Positions 49,301-61,580 are shown, counted from the first letter of the stretch. The stretch: 64,000 nt of DNA from Phoronis australis (GCA_002633005.1 NMRA01000799.1:77660-141659); one strand, 5' to 3'. A program made the numbers and translations. Notes: a model not told the origin generated them from the sequence alone.

Positions 49301-52300
49301 AATATCATGCAGTCGGTAAGCCGAGTGAAATTATGATACGTAATTTGATCTAAGGCGATTCGAGTCAACGTTTAGCCAAACTTGTCGCGTATTGTTTGTG
49401 TCGACCTCTCAACGCAGGCTCTGCCATAAGAAAGGTTTTCACACCGGTGACTTGCATGGATGTGAAGTATTAAATGGAAAAATCAGTCGACGTATCTGCA
49501 GAGCTCATCGTGACTTCATTTCAAGATGGCTGTCTAAACTAATCATAAACTACACTCATATGACAGCAGGCTTAACGTCACGACTTCAAGTTTAATGAAC
49601 TAGAATACACGTTTCACTAGACACATTCAATTACACTGATCATAACGCACTACTGGTTTCCGCTCACATTTGGAATGAGGTAGCTCAAGGATTGTTCTAA
49701 AACCTCCTCAACCCACAAACCCCTCTACCTAGTCTACGCAAGCTCGACTCCATCTGAACCTAAAACAAGCGATGACTTGCAAATCAACGAGTGGGGCTGT
49801 GATCTCGGCTGACTTTTCCTTGTTTTTGCAATCAGGAGAGTCGATTTGGCAAGTTCGAAAGCAGAGAAAAAACCCTACCAAATCAAATCAAAGACCTAGC
49901 AGCGTTACAAGTGTTGTTCCTGACAGAGTGTGATCGACTCGTCTGCTCTTCAGTGAATGGCAGATTCAAGCTTTTTGGGGAGAGTGTGAGGAACCGACAA
50001 ATACATAACTTCTTCAGTTAATACAGTTTAAAAAAGAACTGTTAACTAAAAAGTATATCAACGTATTAGCAAACGTATTAGGAGTATTTTTTAAACGAGT
50101 ATTCAACGGAAAACAAAAATTAATAGTAAAAAAGTGGTTAGAACATTGACTTGGTCGGTCCGGTAACAGCGAAAAGTTGGAATAGTTTCAAATTAATTTC
50201 TCATCTGATTGGCTCTCGGATGACACTCCACTCTGATGTTGGTGGTAAATCCTCACATTTTTCCACGTATGATTTAAGGACGCCGTCACTCGTTCTCTAG
50301 TCATTGTCAGATAAAACAAGCACGGAGCCCTACGATAACATGCAGACCGTCTACATCGCTATATTACTTCCGTTTGACTAACGGGTCATCAATTTGTTCT
50401 TCAAAGCCTCCTTGAAGCAAATCGGGATGTTTCTTTGGTTTCCGCTAAGAATTAACGTTGGAGGCAATCTTACCACGGTGACTTGTGGAATTTTTATGTA
50501 CATAAATAAAATTATCCTACTACTGAGATTTCATCTACAAAGCTCTACTCACCGTGCTCATTATTCCTCTCTCGTTATGTGGCACAATTCATTGTTGTCT
50601 CTTTTCATTATTTATCGCGTGTACTTTGCCAGATGCTTTGTTTTTCAGTCTACACTAGATATAAATATGACCACGTGGACGACAACAGTGCCATCCACGC
50701 CTGTCCTTAAATCTTAAGGTTATAGAATCATACTTGTATGTCCGTCGTCAGCGTCGCTGTCACTGTTCCAGTGGTAGTCAGTTTTGAAGGCTGTTGACCC
50801 GGTCTGCCCTGGCCATATTTGCCTTCTTAATTGCAATGACCCCTTGAGTAATTGATAATGGTCCTTTTACCGCAACAACCGACATGTCTTCATGTCCTTA
50901 GCGACCCACCTACAGCTACTGAATACAGGGTGCCTTTGAGCGTTATTCCTAGCTGCGGAAAAGGCATAGCTGAATCTGCTCTTCTTGTGTGCCAACAGCA
51001 AGTCTCTCGCTACATTTTCTTGAGATTGTCACCAAATTCGTTGCTCCGACAAACGTCTCAAGTCAGTCGTGAAGTGTGACCGACGCTGACTGGCATTGTC
51101 TCCTCGACCGGCTATTCAATCTGATTCTCTCTGTGACGCTTTGGTGTCTCAGTGGAATTGAATAGCTTGCAAAATTTCCTTTGGTTCACCTCCACCAATT
51201 TACTCAGGAAGTGGCTACGAAGTAAGTTGTTCATGTTTCGGGGCCACACAGGTGCAACACTATTGCATGCTATTTAGCAACGTCTGTAACACCGATTTGT
51301 AACAAAACAGTTATTCGGCGTATGAAATTCAGTTTTTATGTCACAATTCGCTTATAATCACATAAACCGTCATCCTTGTCGTCATCTGTGAGATATTACA
51401 TAACAACCGGGAAGTGTATCTGCACTATAACTGACTTTATTTACAAATGTCTGCCTGAATTCTGAACACGATAGGTGGCGGTCCTGAGTATTTTGTCTTT
51501 CCAGTTTCATCTGTGTCAGGAGGGTATTAGACACCCCTGGTGTCCTCTCTACAGGATAGGTATTTCATCTGTATGGCCTCCAAGGATTAACGAAAAAAGG
51601 GGCGACGAACGTGCACACACGGGTCTAGTACAAAGCGGCTGTAATGGCTATTATCGTCTATTTGACTCAATAGGCTTGTCCATCAAAAGATCAGAAGTGA
51701 AAACAAACCTCCTCTTTCACTGTGCAGCTCTTACGCTATATAAACGCGCCGGATACTAAGACTTGTAGTATATATAAGATTTCCTGTATTAAATCATACG
51801 GCCACATATCAATATATTTGAAATACTTACAGGATTTGCTGTCGTATCTTGAAAACCAAAAACATGAATTTAGCCAAACTGTCTACATCCTCCTTACCCT
51901 TACACTCTACAACCACAGAAGCATCTGCCATACATTTCTCTCTAAGGCTTTTATGAATACATGTACGACACTCAATAACAAAGAGACATTCTGATTCAAT
52001 TTCTCTAGGCAGACATAACTACATAACTCGCAATACCTATCCTATGTTCTCTTGGAAATTCATTTTCACACAATTTTTCAATTTTAAACTATGGGCTGAA
52101 ATACTTATTTCGTCAGAGCAATTCTATAATTTCTACTTCTTACTCCTGAATATTTCTGTTAGCAAGACTGTCAAAAAAGTTACTCTCAGACTTAAGAGTT
52201 ATCCGCTTTGTAACATCGTCTAAAAGCTCATTTTGTCTAAAATCATCTGTGTTCTCCACACATCTTGAATCCCATGTTGATTAATAAATTTTTCACGTTT

Positions 52301-53306
52301 AAGCCCCAACAGCCTATACACTGTTTTCTTTTAGACTGTATTGGTGACTGTAAGCTACTGAAATATACCTTTTGCTGTAAGCTGTTATCAACTTAAACCA
52401 ATATCTTATATTTTTCCATTCTTTGAAACATTAGTAATGCCGTTGTCCAAATTTTCCTAGTTCAGCAAGTACTGGAGTACTCTCTTAAACTCCAAGAACA
52501 ATATCTTTTGCCTCATAACACCCCAAACTTTCTGGCAGAAGCTGGGTATAAAAAATTTTACGAATAAGATTTTACGCAATTCATTGTTTCGAAGCCTGGC
52601 GAGCAAGATTTTTCTGAGTAGTGAACAATGAGCAGTCAGGAGTACAAACAGCCCCTAAATACTTATACTCTGAAACGAATTCAATCTGATTTTTTTCTGA
52701 GAAACATTTTTCATGTTTTGCCAAAACGCCACCTTTCCGAACCACCATGACTTTAGTCTTGTTCATGTTTTGTTTTCGTGACACTGTAGTTTATAGACTA
52801 CTCTGGAATTTCCACCGATGGTGACCCGGTTCCTTGGGATGGCGGATTGTTACGACAAAATTGCTGCCCACTTTCTAGTATGACATGGTAGTGTATTGAT
52901 AATGATTTTAGTGTGACGGCACCCTCCCCCACAAACATTTTGAAAAGAACCCCCGAAGGTGCTAGCCGATCACGTGGTCTTCCCTCGTGAATGATTACTC
53001 ATACTAATAAGGTTGCCGCTCAGTAGACCAAAAAGAATCAAAAAAGAAAACCTAACGTCAGTGACTGCATGCAGACCTAGCCAGTTTCTTGCATTTACAG
53101 CAACGATATCTATGCGCTTACGTCGATTTATTTCAGAATCGTGGACACTATGCAGGTTTTGAAAGACGTCACCATTTTCATATGTACGATAAAAATGGCT
53201 GCAGTTGTGTTTGTCTCGTTTCAGAACAAACAGAAGAGAAGAGTGCGACGCGGAGGAGTTACAAACCTTTGAGGTCACCGAGGATAATTTGAAGGCGAAA
53301 GTTTAG
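30960..53306 (+). CDS. SLC22: SLC22-family organic ion transporter, gene 2 (10 coding exons, 1737 nt, 578 aa)
   Basis: Exons 30960-31385, 35790-35893, 36820-36974, 38736-38907, 40171-40324, 43946-44028, 44237-44454, 48107-48288, 49155-49315, 53225-53306. Exon sizes and phases match gene 1 except a 4-codon deletion in exon 1. No frameshift or internal stop seen. Confidence 0.93.
32196..32445. mobile_element. 250-bp GC-rich MITE
   Basis: ATTTT|CATGCGCGCACCC ... GGATGCGCGCATG|ATTTT (13-bp TIR with 1 mismatch, 5-bp TSD); nested in a ~2-kb gene 2-specific block (~31605-33650). Confidence 0.8.
35790..35893 (+). CDS. SLC22 gene 2 exon 2
   Basis: ttacag|WDLVC...MLSDR|gtaact; 104 nt. Confidence 0.93.
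36820..36974 (+). CDS. SLC22 gene 2 exon 3
   Basis: ttgcag|FGRKRT...AAFVLG|gtaagt; 155 nt. Confidence 0.93.
38736..38907 (+). CDS. SLC22 gene 2 exon 4
   Basis: tttcag|LELVGVRYR...LYAW|gttcgt; 172 nt. Confidence 0.9.
39337..39670 (-). mobile_element. RTE-clade LINE 3' fragment in gene 2 intron 4
   Basis: KERTKMTDI...NWRWAGHVARIKDNRWTLRTTEWQP; absent from gene 1 (~21545). Confidence 0.85.
40171..40324 (+). CDS. SLC22 gene 2 exon 5
   Basis: tctcag|LTPESPRWLL...EEKQI|gtgagc; 154 nt. Confidence 0.88.
40748..43618 (+). mobile_element. Kolobok-type DNA transposon with a THAP relic in gene 2 intron 5
   Basis: TTAA at 40744-47 and 43619-22; ~80-bp imperfect TIRs; empty single-TTAA site in gene 1 (~22479). 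MVHVCCVPGC (41001)...RVCGKHL...RLKKGALLSLF (~41290). Confidence 0.78.
43946..44028 (+). CDS. SLC22 gene 2 exon 6
   Basis: tttcag|SNQTTTLLIALLKSRT...NAMLW|gtatgt; 83 nt. Confidence 0.87.
44237..44454 (+). CDS. SLC22 gene 2 exon 7
   Basis: ttctag|FCATLLFFGLSF...PIPE|gtaatg; 218 nt. Confidence 0.92.
44514..44710 (+). repeat. G-rich 16-bp tandem repeat in gene 2 intron 7
   Basis: Same unit; single N at 44634. Confidence 0.85.
44881..47999. mobile_element. Sola3-type (GAG terminus, TTAA TSD) non-autonomous element in gene 2 intron 7
   Basis: TTAA|GAGCCATTCAACGAGAAAATCAAAAG..AACTCTAGGG versus CCCTAGAGTTGACCTTTTGGTGCTCTCGTGGAATGACAG|TTAA; absent from gene 1 (~24605); superfamily inferred from the ends only. 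Confidence 0.65.
48107..48288 (+). CDS. SLC22 gene 2 exon 8
   Basis: ttgcag|FGWLV...EMYPTPLR...GRIG...YIAIT|gtaaga; 182 nt. Confidence 0.93.
49155..49315 (+). CDS. SLC22 gene 2 exon 9
   Basis: ttacag|GKIYFRELP...LPETGSTALPDTFDD...CSR|gtaagc; 161 nt. Confidence 0.92.
49400..51765. mobile_element. Unclassified insertion in gene 2 last intron
   Basis: No counterpart in gene 1 after ~25977; no TIR/TSD pair confidently identified. Confidence 0.35.
51990..52790 (-). mobile_element. LINE reverse-transcriptase relic in gene 2 last intron (second copy ~55720-56385)
   Basis: MNKTKVMVVRKGGVLAKHEK...IEFVSEYKYLG...QKNLARQASK, a typical post-RT stretch of non-LTR elements; left edge approximate. Confidence 0.72.
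53225..53306 (+). CDS. SLC22 gene 2 terminal exon 10
   Basis: tttcag|A+TNRREECDAEELQTFEVTEDNLKAKV-TAG. Confidence 0.72.
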
Positions 53307-55635
53307 TCTTCTGTGCTAATATTATGACTGAAAGGGGCCTTTTAAAAACTAACAATAGTATCAAACAAAGTACGTTGCCGTACTTTCAATGAGCGTGTTG
53401 GCTGAAGTTCGTCTTGTCTATCTCCAACACGTTGCAGTCAGCCGGTGAAGCATAAAACTTTGATCCCTTAAAGATTGACCTCAGATATAATTTTCAACGT
53501 CGAAAAGTGATCCCTAGGGTCATCTTTAGGTCAAAATTTAACGCTACTCATGCCATCCGCATCTACACGGTATAGTCGTAGCAGATGTCAAACACGACAA
53601 AGATAGTTCAGTCAGTTAACATAGAGATTTCAATTTATCCCATCATATCGTGTATTTGATGACTGTAAAAGTATAGATCGACGACTGGCCTACAGCAGTG
53701 CCGGATTAAGCAATAACGGGACCTGTAGCTTAAGTCGAAGTACGGACCCCCTAATCCAATGCTTACACGACGATACTCTCGAAGCAAAAGCAAATACGAG
53801 TACTTTCGATGTTGATACAGAACGATGGGATTGGACCATTTTAGGACAATTCAGGCACCGCGCATCTGGGGACACATGCTTGTTCCAATTATAATGCAAA
53901 GGATGCACCTTTGTCAAATAAATGCTTTCTGCAAATTTATATTGCTGCTCTGTATCGTAACAACTGCAATAAATATGTAAAGTCAATGAATTCCTGGTTC
54001 CCTGAACAGTGTTTATGACTTTTGGCGGTCACCGTTTTTGTATGCATTCTTACTTTTTGAACAGAACTACGACACCTGCAATTTTTTTAACATCGCTAAC
54101 ACAGCGGTTACCTTGCACCCTTGACTGTACACATATTGAACATTTAGGGGTTCTAAACGTTCTAAATCGGGAACGCATCACGTGAAGCCAGAGCTTCCGT
54201 AGGTGTATAAACATGTATGTATACATTCATGATATTGGTGCCTCTGTGAAAAATTCTCTGAGCTCGGCTGGGGCCCCAAAAAGCGCGGAGATGATTGAAA
54301 TACTTTTCCCATTCATTTGCCCTAGAAGCTATTGCGGACATAAAGTTCTAAAAATATCCAGATCTTTTGTAGCGACATATCACTTTTTCGGAAATTAAAG
54401 ATTGTCTCGGAAGCGTTGCCCGTCACCTGTATTACACCTTGTTCATACAGTGTAGGACACGAAAACTGCGTAAGTCGTTCCAATAATATATTAGTGTCAC
54501 GTTTTACTTAATAAAGCAGTGTCATGAAACACGTGACACGTTTTAAGACCTTTATTCTCGTCAAACTGGTTTCATGATTTTACCGAGGTGGCCGTTTATT
54601 TTTGTTATCAACAAGAGTCCCTCAAAACCATCAGAGACGCGGAAATGCGTTTCAAAGTTATAGGGATTACATGGATTAGCGAACCTTAGAATTGCGTCAC
54701 TTCCGGTACGATGGCGACTACACACAACGTTCTTTTTGTTTCTTAGTAGTGTTTCGTTGATATATTCACCTTAATGCCATTTAAGTGTTAAATGGGACGA
54801 TAGCAAAAAGTAACGTCATCGCCCGGGCGCAGAGAGGCTCGAAAATATTAATTAGCTTGGAACGAGACAAAAAAGGCAACATTATTCCAAATTTTTCTTT
54901 CTTTAAAGAGTTCCCACCATGACCCTGTGTCTCTAAATAAAGAGTTTTATTAATGCACCTTAACAGATTTAATAGCTTTTAGCATACCTGTTTCTTAGAA
55001 ACAACCCAAAATTAAAAAAATACATTTTTTTCTGTTGTCGGAGTTGTACGTAACGAGTGTTGTTTTTACCAGTGCCATATTGCGGAGTTGTGACGATAAT
55101 CCGCGGAGAGCCGTCTTTTTCAGACATGAAAAGGTACGTTTGTGGGAGTTATAGTAGCAGCAACTTGACTGAGAACGTCCCTGTTTTCAAATTTCCGAAA
55201 TACGTGAAAGTTGCAAAGAAATGGCATCGGTTTGTGTGTCGCACAAGAGTATGGAATGTCAGTGTGGAACATGCGATTCAGTCGGGAGCCTCATTTTGTT
55301 CGGCACACTTCAGGGAATCGAATTTCGACTAAACACCAGCTATGTTACGATGAAGGGCTCACCGCATTGTAAGTGCATTTGCAAATTTTATAAATAGCGA
55401 ACAAACTGCTTTCCATTTTAGGGCTATTGATGCCAGATCCTAGACCCCGGCCCTTATGCGTAGGTTTATGCATTATGTTTAGACCGTGGTCATTCCATAA
55501 TGGCAATACGAGTGACCCAGGTTTACTGCTATGTGGCATTTGTCATGATTATTACGTGTTTATTTTGTGAATATTGACCACCCCTAGGTTCCATTGGTTG
55601 TGCCTCGCATATGTCTGCCTCATTTCTCGTGCAAN

Positions 55636-55718
55636 GGGCTCGCGATATCGAGGCTGTTAATCTATCACCACTAGTACACGCACGCCCTCTAGTTATTGTA
55701 GATTTTCCGAATAGCCCC
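55636..55718. mobile_element. Right end of the ISL2EU-type family
   Basis: Nearly identical to 5000-5082 and ends TCCGAATAGCCCC|AT. Confidence 0.85.
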
Positions 55719-56829
55719 ATTCTATAGTTTCTACTTCTTACTCCTGAATATTTCCGTTAGCAAGACTGTCAAAAAAGTTACTCTCAGACTTAAGAGTTAT
55801 CCGCTTTGTAACATCGTCTAAAAGCTCATTTTGTCTAAAATCATCTGTGTTCTCCACACATCTTGAATCCCATGTTGATTAATAAAATTTTCACGTTTAA
55901 GCCCCAACAGCCTATACACTGTTTTCTTTTAGATTGTATTGGTGACTGTAAGCTACTGAAATATACCTTTTGCTGTAAGCTGTTATCAACTTAAACCATT
56001 ATCTTATATTTTTCCATTCTTTGAAACATTAGTAATGCCGTTTTCCAAATTCTCCTAGTTCAGCAAGTACTGGAGTACTCTCTTAAACTCCAAGAACAAT
56101 ATCTTTTGCCTCATAACACCCCCAAACTTTCTGGCAGAAGCTGGGTATCAAAAATTTTACGAATAAGATTTTACGCAATTCATTGTTTCGAAGCCTGGCG
56201 AGCAAGATTTTTCTGAGTAGTGAACAATGAGAAGTCAGGAGTACAAACAGTCCTTAAATACTTATACTCTGAAACGAATTCAATCTGATTTTTTCTGAGA
56301 AACATTTGTCATGTTTTGCCAAAACGCCACCTTTCGGAAACACCATGACTTTAGTCTTGTTCATGTTTTGTTTTCGTGACACTGTAGTTTATAGACTACT
56401 CTGGAATGTCCACCGATGGTGACCCGGTTCCTTGGGATGGCGGATTGTTACGACAAAATTGCTGCCCACTTTCTAGTGTAACATGGTAGTGTATTGATAA
56501 TGATTTTAGTGTGACGGCACCCTCCCCCACAAACATTTTGAAAAGAACCCCCGAAGGTGCTAGCCGATCACGTGGTCTTCCCTCGTGAATGATTACTCAT
56601 ACTAATAAGGTTGCCGCTCCGTAGACAAAAAAGAATCAAGAAAGAAAACCTAACGTCACTGATTGCATGCAGACCTAGCCAATTTCTTGCATTTACAGCA
56701 ACGATATCTATGCGCTTACGTCGATTTATTTCAGAATCGTGGACTCTATGGAGGTTTTGAAAGACGTCACCATTTTCATATGTCCACTGTACGTTAAAAA
56801 TGTCTGCAGTTGTGTTCTTCTCGTTTCAG

Positions 56830-56911
56830 AACAAACAGAAGAGAAGAGTGCGACGCGGAGGAGTTACAAACCTTTGAGGTCACCGAGGGTAACTTGAAGG
56901 CGAAAGTTTAA
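56830..56911 (+). CDS. Second copy (probably allelic) of gene 2 terminal exon
   Basis: tttcag|A+TNRREECDAEELQTFEVTEGNLKAKV-TAA, inside the duplicated block 55719-59361. Confidence 0.55.
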
Positions 56912-58643
56912 TCTTCTGTGCTAATATTATGACTGAAAGGGGCCTTTTAAAAACTAACAATAGTATCAAACAAAGTACGTTACCGTACTTGCAATGAGCG
57001 TGTTGGCTGAAGTTCGCCTTGTCTATCTCTAACACGTTGCAGTCAGCCGGTGAAGCATAAAACTTTGATCCCTTAAAGATTGACCTTAGATATAATTTTC
57101 AACGTCGAAAAGTGACCCCTATGCTCATCTTCAGGTCAAAGTTCAACGCTACACTAGCTGTCTGCATCTACACGGTAGTCGTAGCAGATGTCAAACGCGA
57201 CAAAAGATAGTTCAGTCAGTTAACATAGAGATTTCAATTAATCCCATCATATCGTGTATTTGATGACTGTAAAAGTATAGATCGACGACTGGCCTACAGC
57301 AGTGCCGGATTAAGCAATAACGGGACCTGTAGCTTAAGTCGAAGTACGGACCCCCTAATCCAATGTTTACACGACGATACTCTCGAAGCAAAAGCAAATA
57401 CGAGTACTTTCGTTGTTGATACAGAACGAAATTGAGACGCATCCCACATTATTAGACAGTGTATCTACTGTGACACGCTATACGGTAGCTGTTGATGGGA
57501 TTGGACCATTTTAGGACAATTCAGACACCGCGCATCTGGGGACACATGCTTGTTCCAATTATAATACAGAAGGATGCACCTTTGTCAAATAAATGCTTTC
57601 TGCAAATTTATATTCCTGCTCTGTATCGTAACAACTGCAATAAATATGTAAAGTCAATGAATTCCTGGTTCCCTGAAGAGTGTTTATGACCTTTGACCGT
57701 TTTTGTATGTATTCCTACTTTTTGAACAGAACTACGACACCTGCAATTTTTTGAACATCGCTAACACAGCGGTTACCTTGCACCCTTGACTTTACACATA
57801 TTGAACATGGAGGGGTTCTTAACAAACGTTCTAAATCGGGAACGCATCACGTGAAGCCAGAGCTTCCGTAGGCGTATAAACATGTATGTATACATTGATG
57901 ATATTGGTGCCTCTGTGAAAAATTCTCTGAGGTCGGCTGGGGCCCCAAAAAGCGCGGAGATGATTGAAATACTTTTCTCATTCATTTGCCCTAGAAGCTA
58001 TTGCGGACATAAAGTTCTAAAAATATCCAGGTCTTTTGTAGCAACATATTACTTTTTCGGAAATTAAAGATTGTCTCGGAAGCGTTGCCCGTCACCTGTG
58101 TTATACCTTGTTCATACAGTGTAGGACACGAAAACTGCGTAAGTCGTTCCAATAACATATTAGTGTCACGTTTTACTTAATAAAGCAGTGTCATGAAACA
58201 CGTGACACGATGGGGGGTAAATTGACAGCACGTGAAGCTACGTTTCGTCATGCTTAGTTGGCCAAAACGAAAATAGATTTTAAGACCTTTATTCTCGTCA
58301 AACTGGTTTCATGATTTTACCGAGGTGGGCGTTTATTTTTGTTATCAACAAGAGTCCCTCAAAACCATCAGAGACGCGGAAATGCGTTTCAAAGTTATAG
58401 GGATTACATGGATTAGCGAACCATAGAATTGCGTCACTTCCGTTACGATGGCGACTACACACAACGTTCTTTATGTTTCTTAGTAGTGTTTCGTTGATAT
58501 ATTCACCTTAATGCCATTTAAGTGTTAAATGGGACAATAGCAAAAAGTAACGTCATCGCCCGGGCGCAGAGAGGCTCGAAAATATTAATTAGCTTGGAAC
58601 GAGACAAAAAAGGCAACATTATTCTGAATTTTTCTTTCTTTAA

Positions 58644-59784
58644 AGAGTTCCCACCATGACCCTGTGTCTCTAAATAAAGAATTTTATTAATGCACCTTAA
58701 CAGATTTAATAGCTTTTAGCATACCTGTTTCTTAGAAACAACCCAAAATGAAAAATACATTATTTTCTGTTGTCGGAGTTGTACGTAACGAGTGTTGTTT
58801 TTACCAGTGCCATATGGCGGAGTTGTGACGATAATCCGCGGAGAGCCGTCTTTTTCAGACATGAAAAGGTACGTTTGTGGGAGTTATAGTAGCAGCAACT
58901 TGACTGAGAACGTCCCTGTTTTCAAATTTCCTAAATACGTGAAAGAAATGGCATTGGTTTGTGTGTCGCGCAAGAGTATGGAATGTCAGTGTGGAACATG
59001 CAATTCAGTCGGGAGCCTCATTTTGTTCGGCACACTTCAGGGAATCGAATTTCGACTAAACACCAGCTATGCTACGATGAAGGACTCACTGCATTGTAAG
59101 TGCATTTGCAAATTTTATAAATAGCGAACAAACTGCTTTCCATTTTAGGGCTATTGATGCCAGATCCTAGACCCCGGCCCAGATGCGTAGGTTTATGCAT
59201 TATGTTTAGACAGTGGTCATTCCATAATGGCAATACGAGTGACCCAGGTTTACTGCTATGTGGCATTTGTCATGATTATTACGTGTTTATTTTGTGAATA
59301 TTGACCACCCCTTGGTTCCATTGGTTGTGCCTCACATATGTCTGCCTCATTTCTCGTGCAAATGGGTCGAGTTCATAAGGAATCCAAGACGAGGAAAGTT
59401 CGTTAAGTGGGAAATCGAATTCATTGTACTTGAGTGTGATGCCCGTATCCACTCTCCTCTCAGTCTGCATAACAATTATCCAGTTCCGATTCAAAATCGT
59501 CTTCGTCTTTTGATCTGTTGCGTTACGCCATTGCGGTAATGGTCTGACATAACGTGCCAGAATTTTGAGAACCAGTTTTCTCCACTCAGTTGTCAAGTTA
59601 CAAAAACGTGTTCCACCCATTACATCATTTGGCGGGAAACTTGAAAATATCTAATTGTTCTTCAAAATTAAATACATCACCATTATTTGTCTTAAAAAGT
59701 GCCTATTGATTTAAATTTAATGGTATTCCTTCATATCACATAACTGAAACATCAAAATCTAAGAAAATGCATGGTGAAAACTCT
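58644..59784 (+). mobile_element. Kolobok-type element with a THAP relic (truncated copy 54907-55634)
   Basis: TTAA|AGAGTTCCCACCATG ... CATGGTGAAAACTCT|TAAA. The 55126-55332 copy reads MKRYVCGS...VFKFPK...KKW...FCSAHFRESNF; this copy has an 8-nt frameshifting deletion. Confidence 0.7.
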
Positions 59785-60754
59785 TAAAAGAACGATAACA
59801 AGTGCGGATGGAAAAAAGATTCAAGAGTCTACAACCTACGTCAATGAAAATCTCCCCCAGGAAATGGTAGCTAATAGGAAGCGTATCTCAAGTCTGCACG
59901 ACTGTCTCCACAGGTAAACAAAGTGTGACTGGAAATAGAGACCGATTGGTGATTGATGGGAAAACAAAAGCAGATGAGAATATGAATGAGATTCCGAGCT
60001 TCGGCTAAATAACAGCGGACAAAGGCTCAAGAAAGATCGCATAGGATGTTCGTTTATTGAGAGCTTAGATGAAAACGCCACCCTTCTTGAGATGAGCACT
60101 CTCACAACATAATAATGTTCAAGGTTTTAAACCATGCAAAACAGTTGTCCTGAAAAAGTATCTCTGTTTTTAAAAATGGGTCTTTTTTAAGTTCCTTATA
60201 AACGAAATGAAACAGAAAACTGCTATATATCCAACCTATGTGTAGACTAGCCTGATACCATACTACTTAGCGTAAGTTCATCTGTTGCAAAACATTGACC
60301 GTTGACGGGTTTCGGATCAACGTTTATGGTGAGACTAGGCAAAAGAACAGATAATAAGTACACGAGCACCTTTTATTTCAAGCAATAACGAAAATAATGA
60401 CTTCTGCTTCCGACTCACGATTGGTACCAACAGTAGCGCCTGTGGAAATAGTCAAATCTGCTTGGATCTCGTTTAGTTTCTGGAAATAACATTCAATTTT
60501 ATCACATCAAAGAAGTAAGGACAAGAATCTTCAAGAACTGATGTTTAGTTATTCAAAGAGTCAAGTGTTTGAGAGTTCCTTTTGCCATTCTTGTCAGCGG
60601 TGAACGTCATCTACGACTAAGCAGCAAAAAGGATATCTCCTCACCAAGCCTCAAGTGCCTGAACCGATCAGCGCCATTTTGAGGTTTCGGGACGAGGCTT
60701 CCACTCCGACCTCTTTGGGTGCATGAGCACATATAATTATATGATTAGGTGCGG

Positions 60755-61580
60755 TTGAAAACTGGATTGGGATGGAAGACTTTACATCGTCGGTCAGGTG
60801 ATAGAACTACGGTGCTAGAGAACAGTTGGACCACGAACGTGCTACGGGAACAGGGTGAATATTCGTAACACCATGGATCTGAACTGCTGGACATAGGAAA
60901 CGATGAAACCGATTCTGGAACAGCTGAAATCGGTGAAAAGTATTCGTCGACGTGGTCTCACACGAGGTAGTTCGTAGAACCGGCATCCTCTCGTAGAATA
61001 CAGTAGCGCTCCCTGCAGTTAACAAGGAAAAAGCATTTCGTACATACACTCCAGAAAATTTTAAACACCCAAACCAACATGCGCCATCGGAAGCGACCTG
61101 GATATATTGGCAGGTTCAGTGCTCTTCCTGATCAATGCTCAGGTAAAGGAGATCGCCAATGGTTGCTTTGCAATTACCTGTTAGGTCGGCCATCGGGTCC
61201 AAGGTAACGATGCTGCCTTTGATTTTGGGAATTGACCCTCAAACAGCTGCGTATTGGTAACTGAAAATCATCAAAATGGTCTTGATGAAATCAACTACCT
61301 GTGGTAGATGAGAGGGCAGAATACTGCTGGGATCGAAGGGCACAAAACAACATTGACGAAGAGGTAGAGTTGACGGCATACAGGTGAAGGTTGGTGACGC
61401 AACTGGAACCTCTGCAGCCGCGAACTCTGGGTTCACCAGGCAAAATGGTTGCTCTGTTCGAAAAAATCGTGATTTGTCGGCAATGGGATATGCCTTGAAA
61501 CAGGTTATGCATGGAAGACGTGGAATCCTGGATACATCTGAGCTCCTCAAGTAGTGAGCTTGGGATATGTCAGTCATTTT
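60755..61580 (-). mobile_element. Gypsy relic upstream of gene 3 (pre-RT segment fused to integrase C-terminal part)
   Basis: 61316-61580 matches 7461-7725; 60755-61310 matches 28500-29025; minus strand IGDLLYLSID...DGACWFGCLKFSGVYVRN. Confidence 0.6.

Larger units (their letters stand above)
52121..59361 (+). repeat. Direct duplication: copy A 52121-55634, copy B 55719-59361
   Basis: Near-identical copies with scattered SNPs and two ~70-bp indels; joined by one N (55635) plus a transposon end. Confidence 0.93.
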
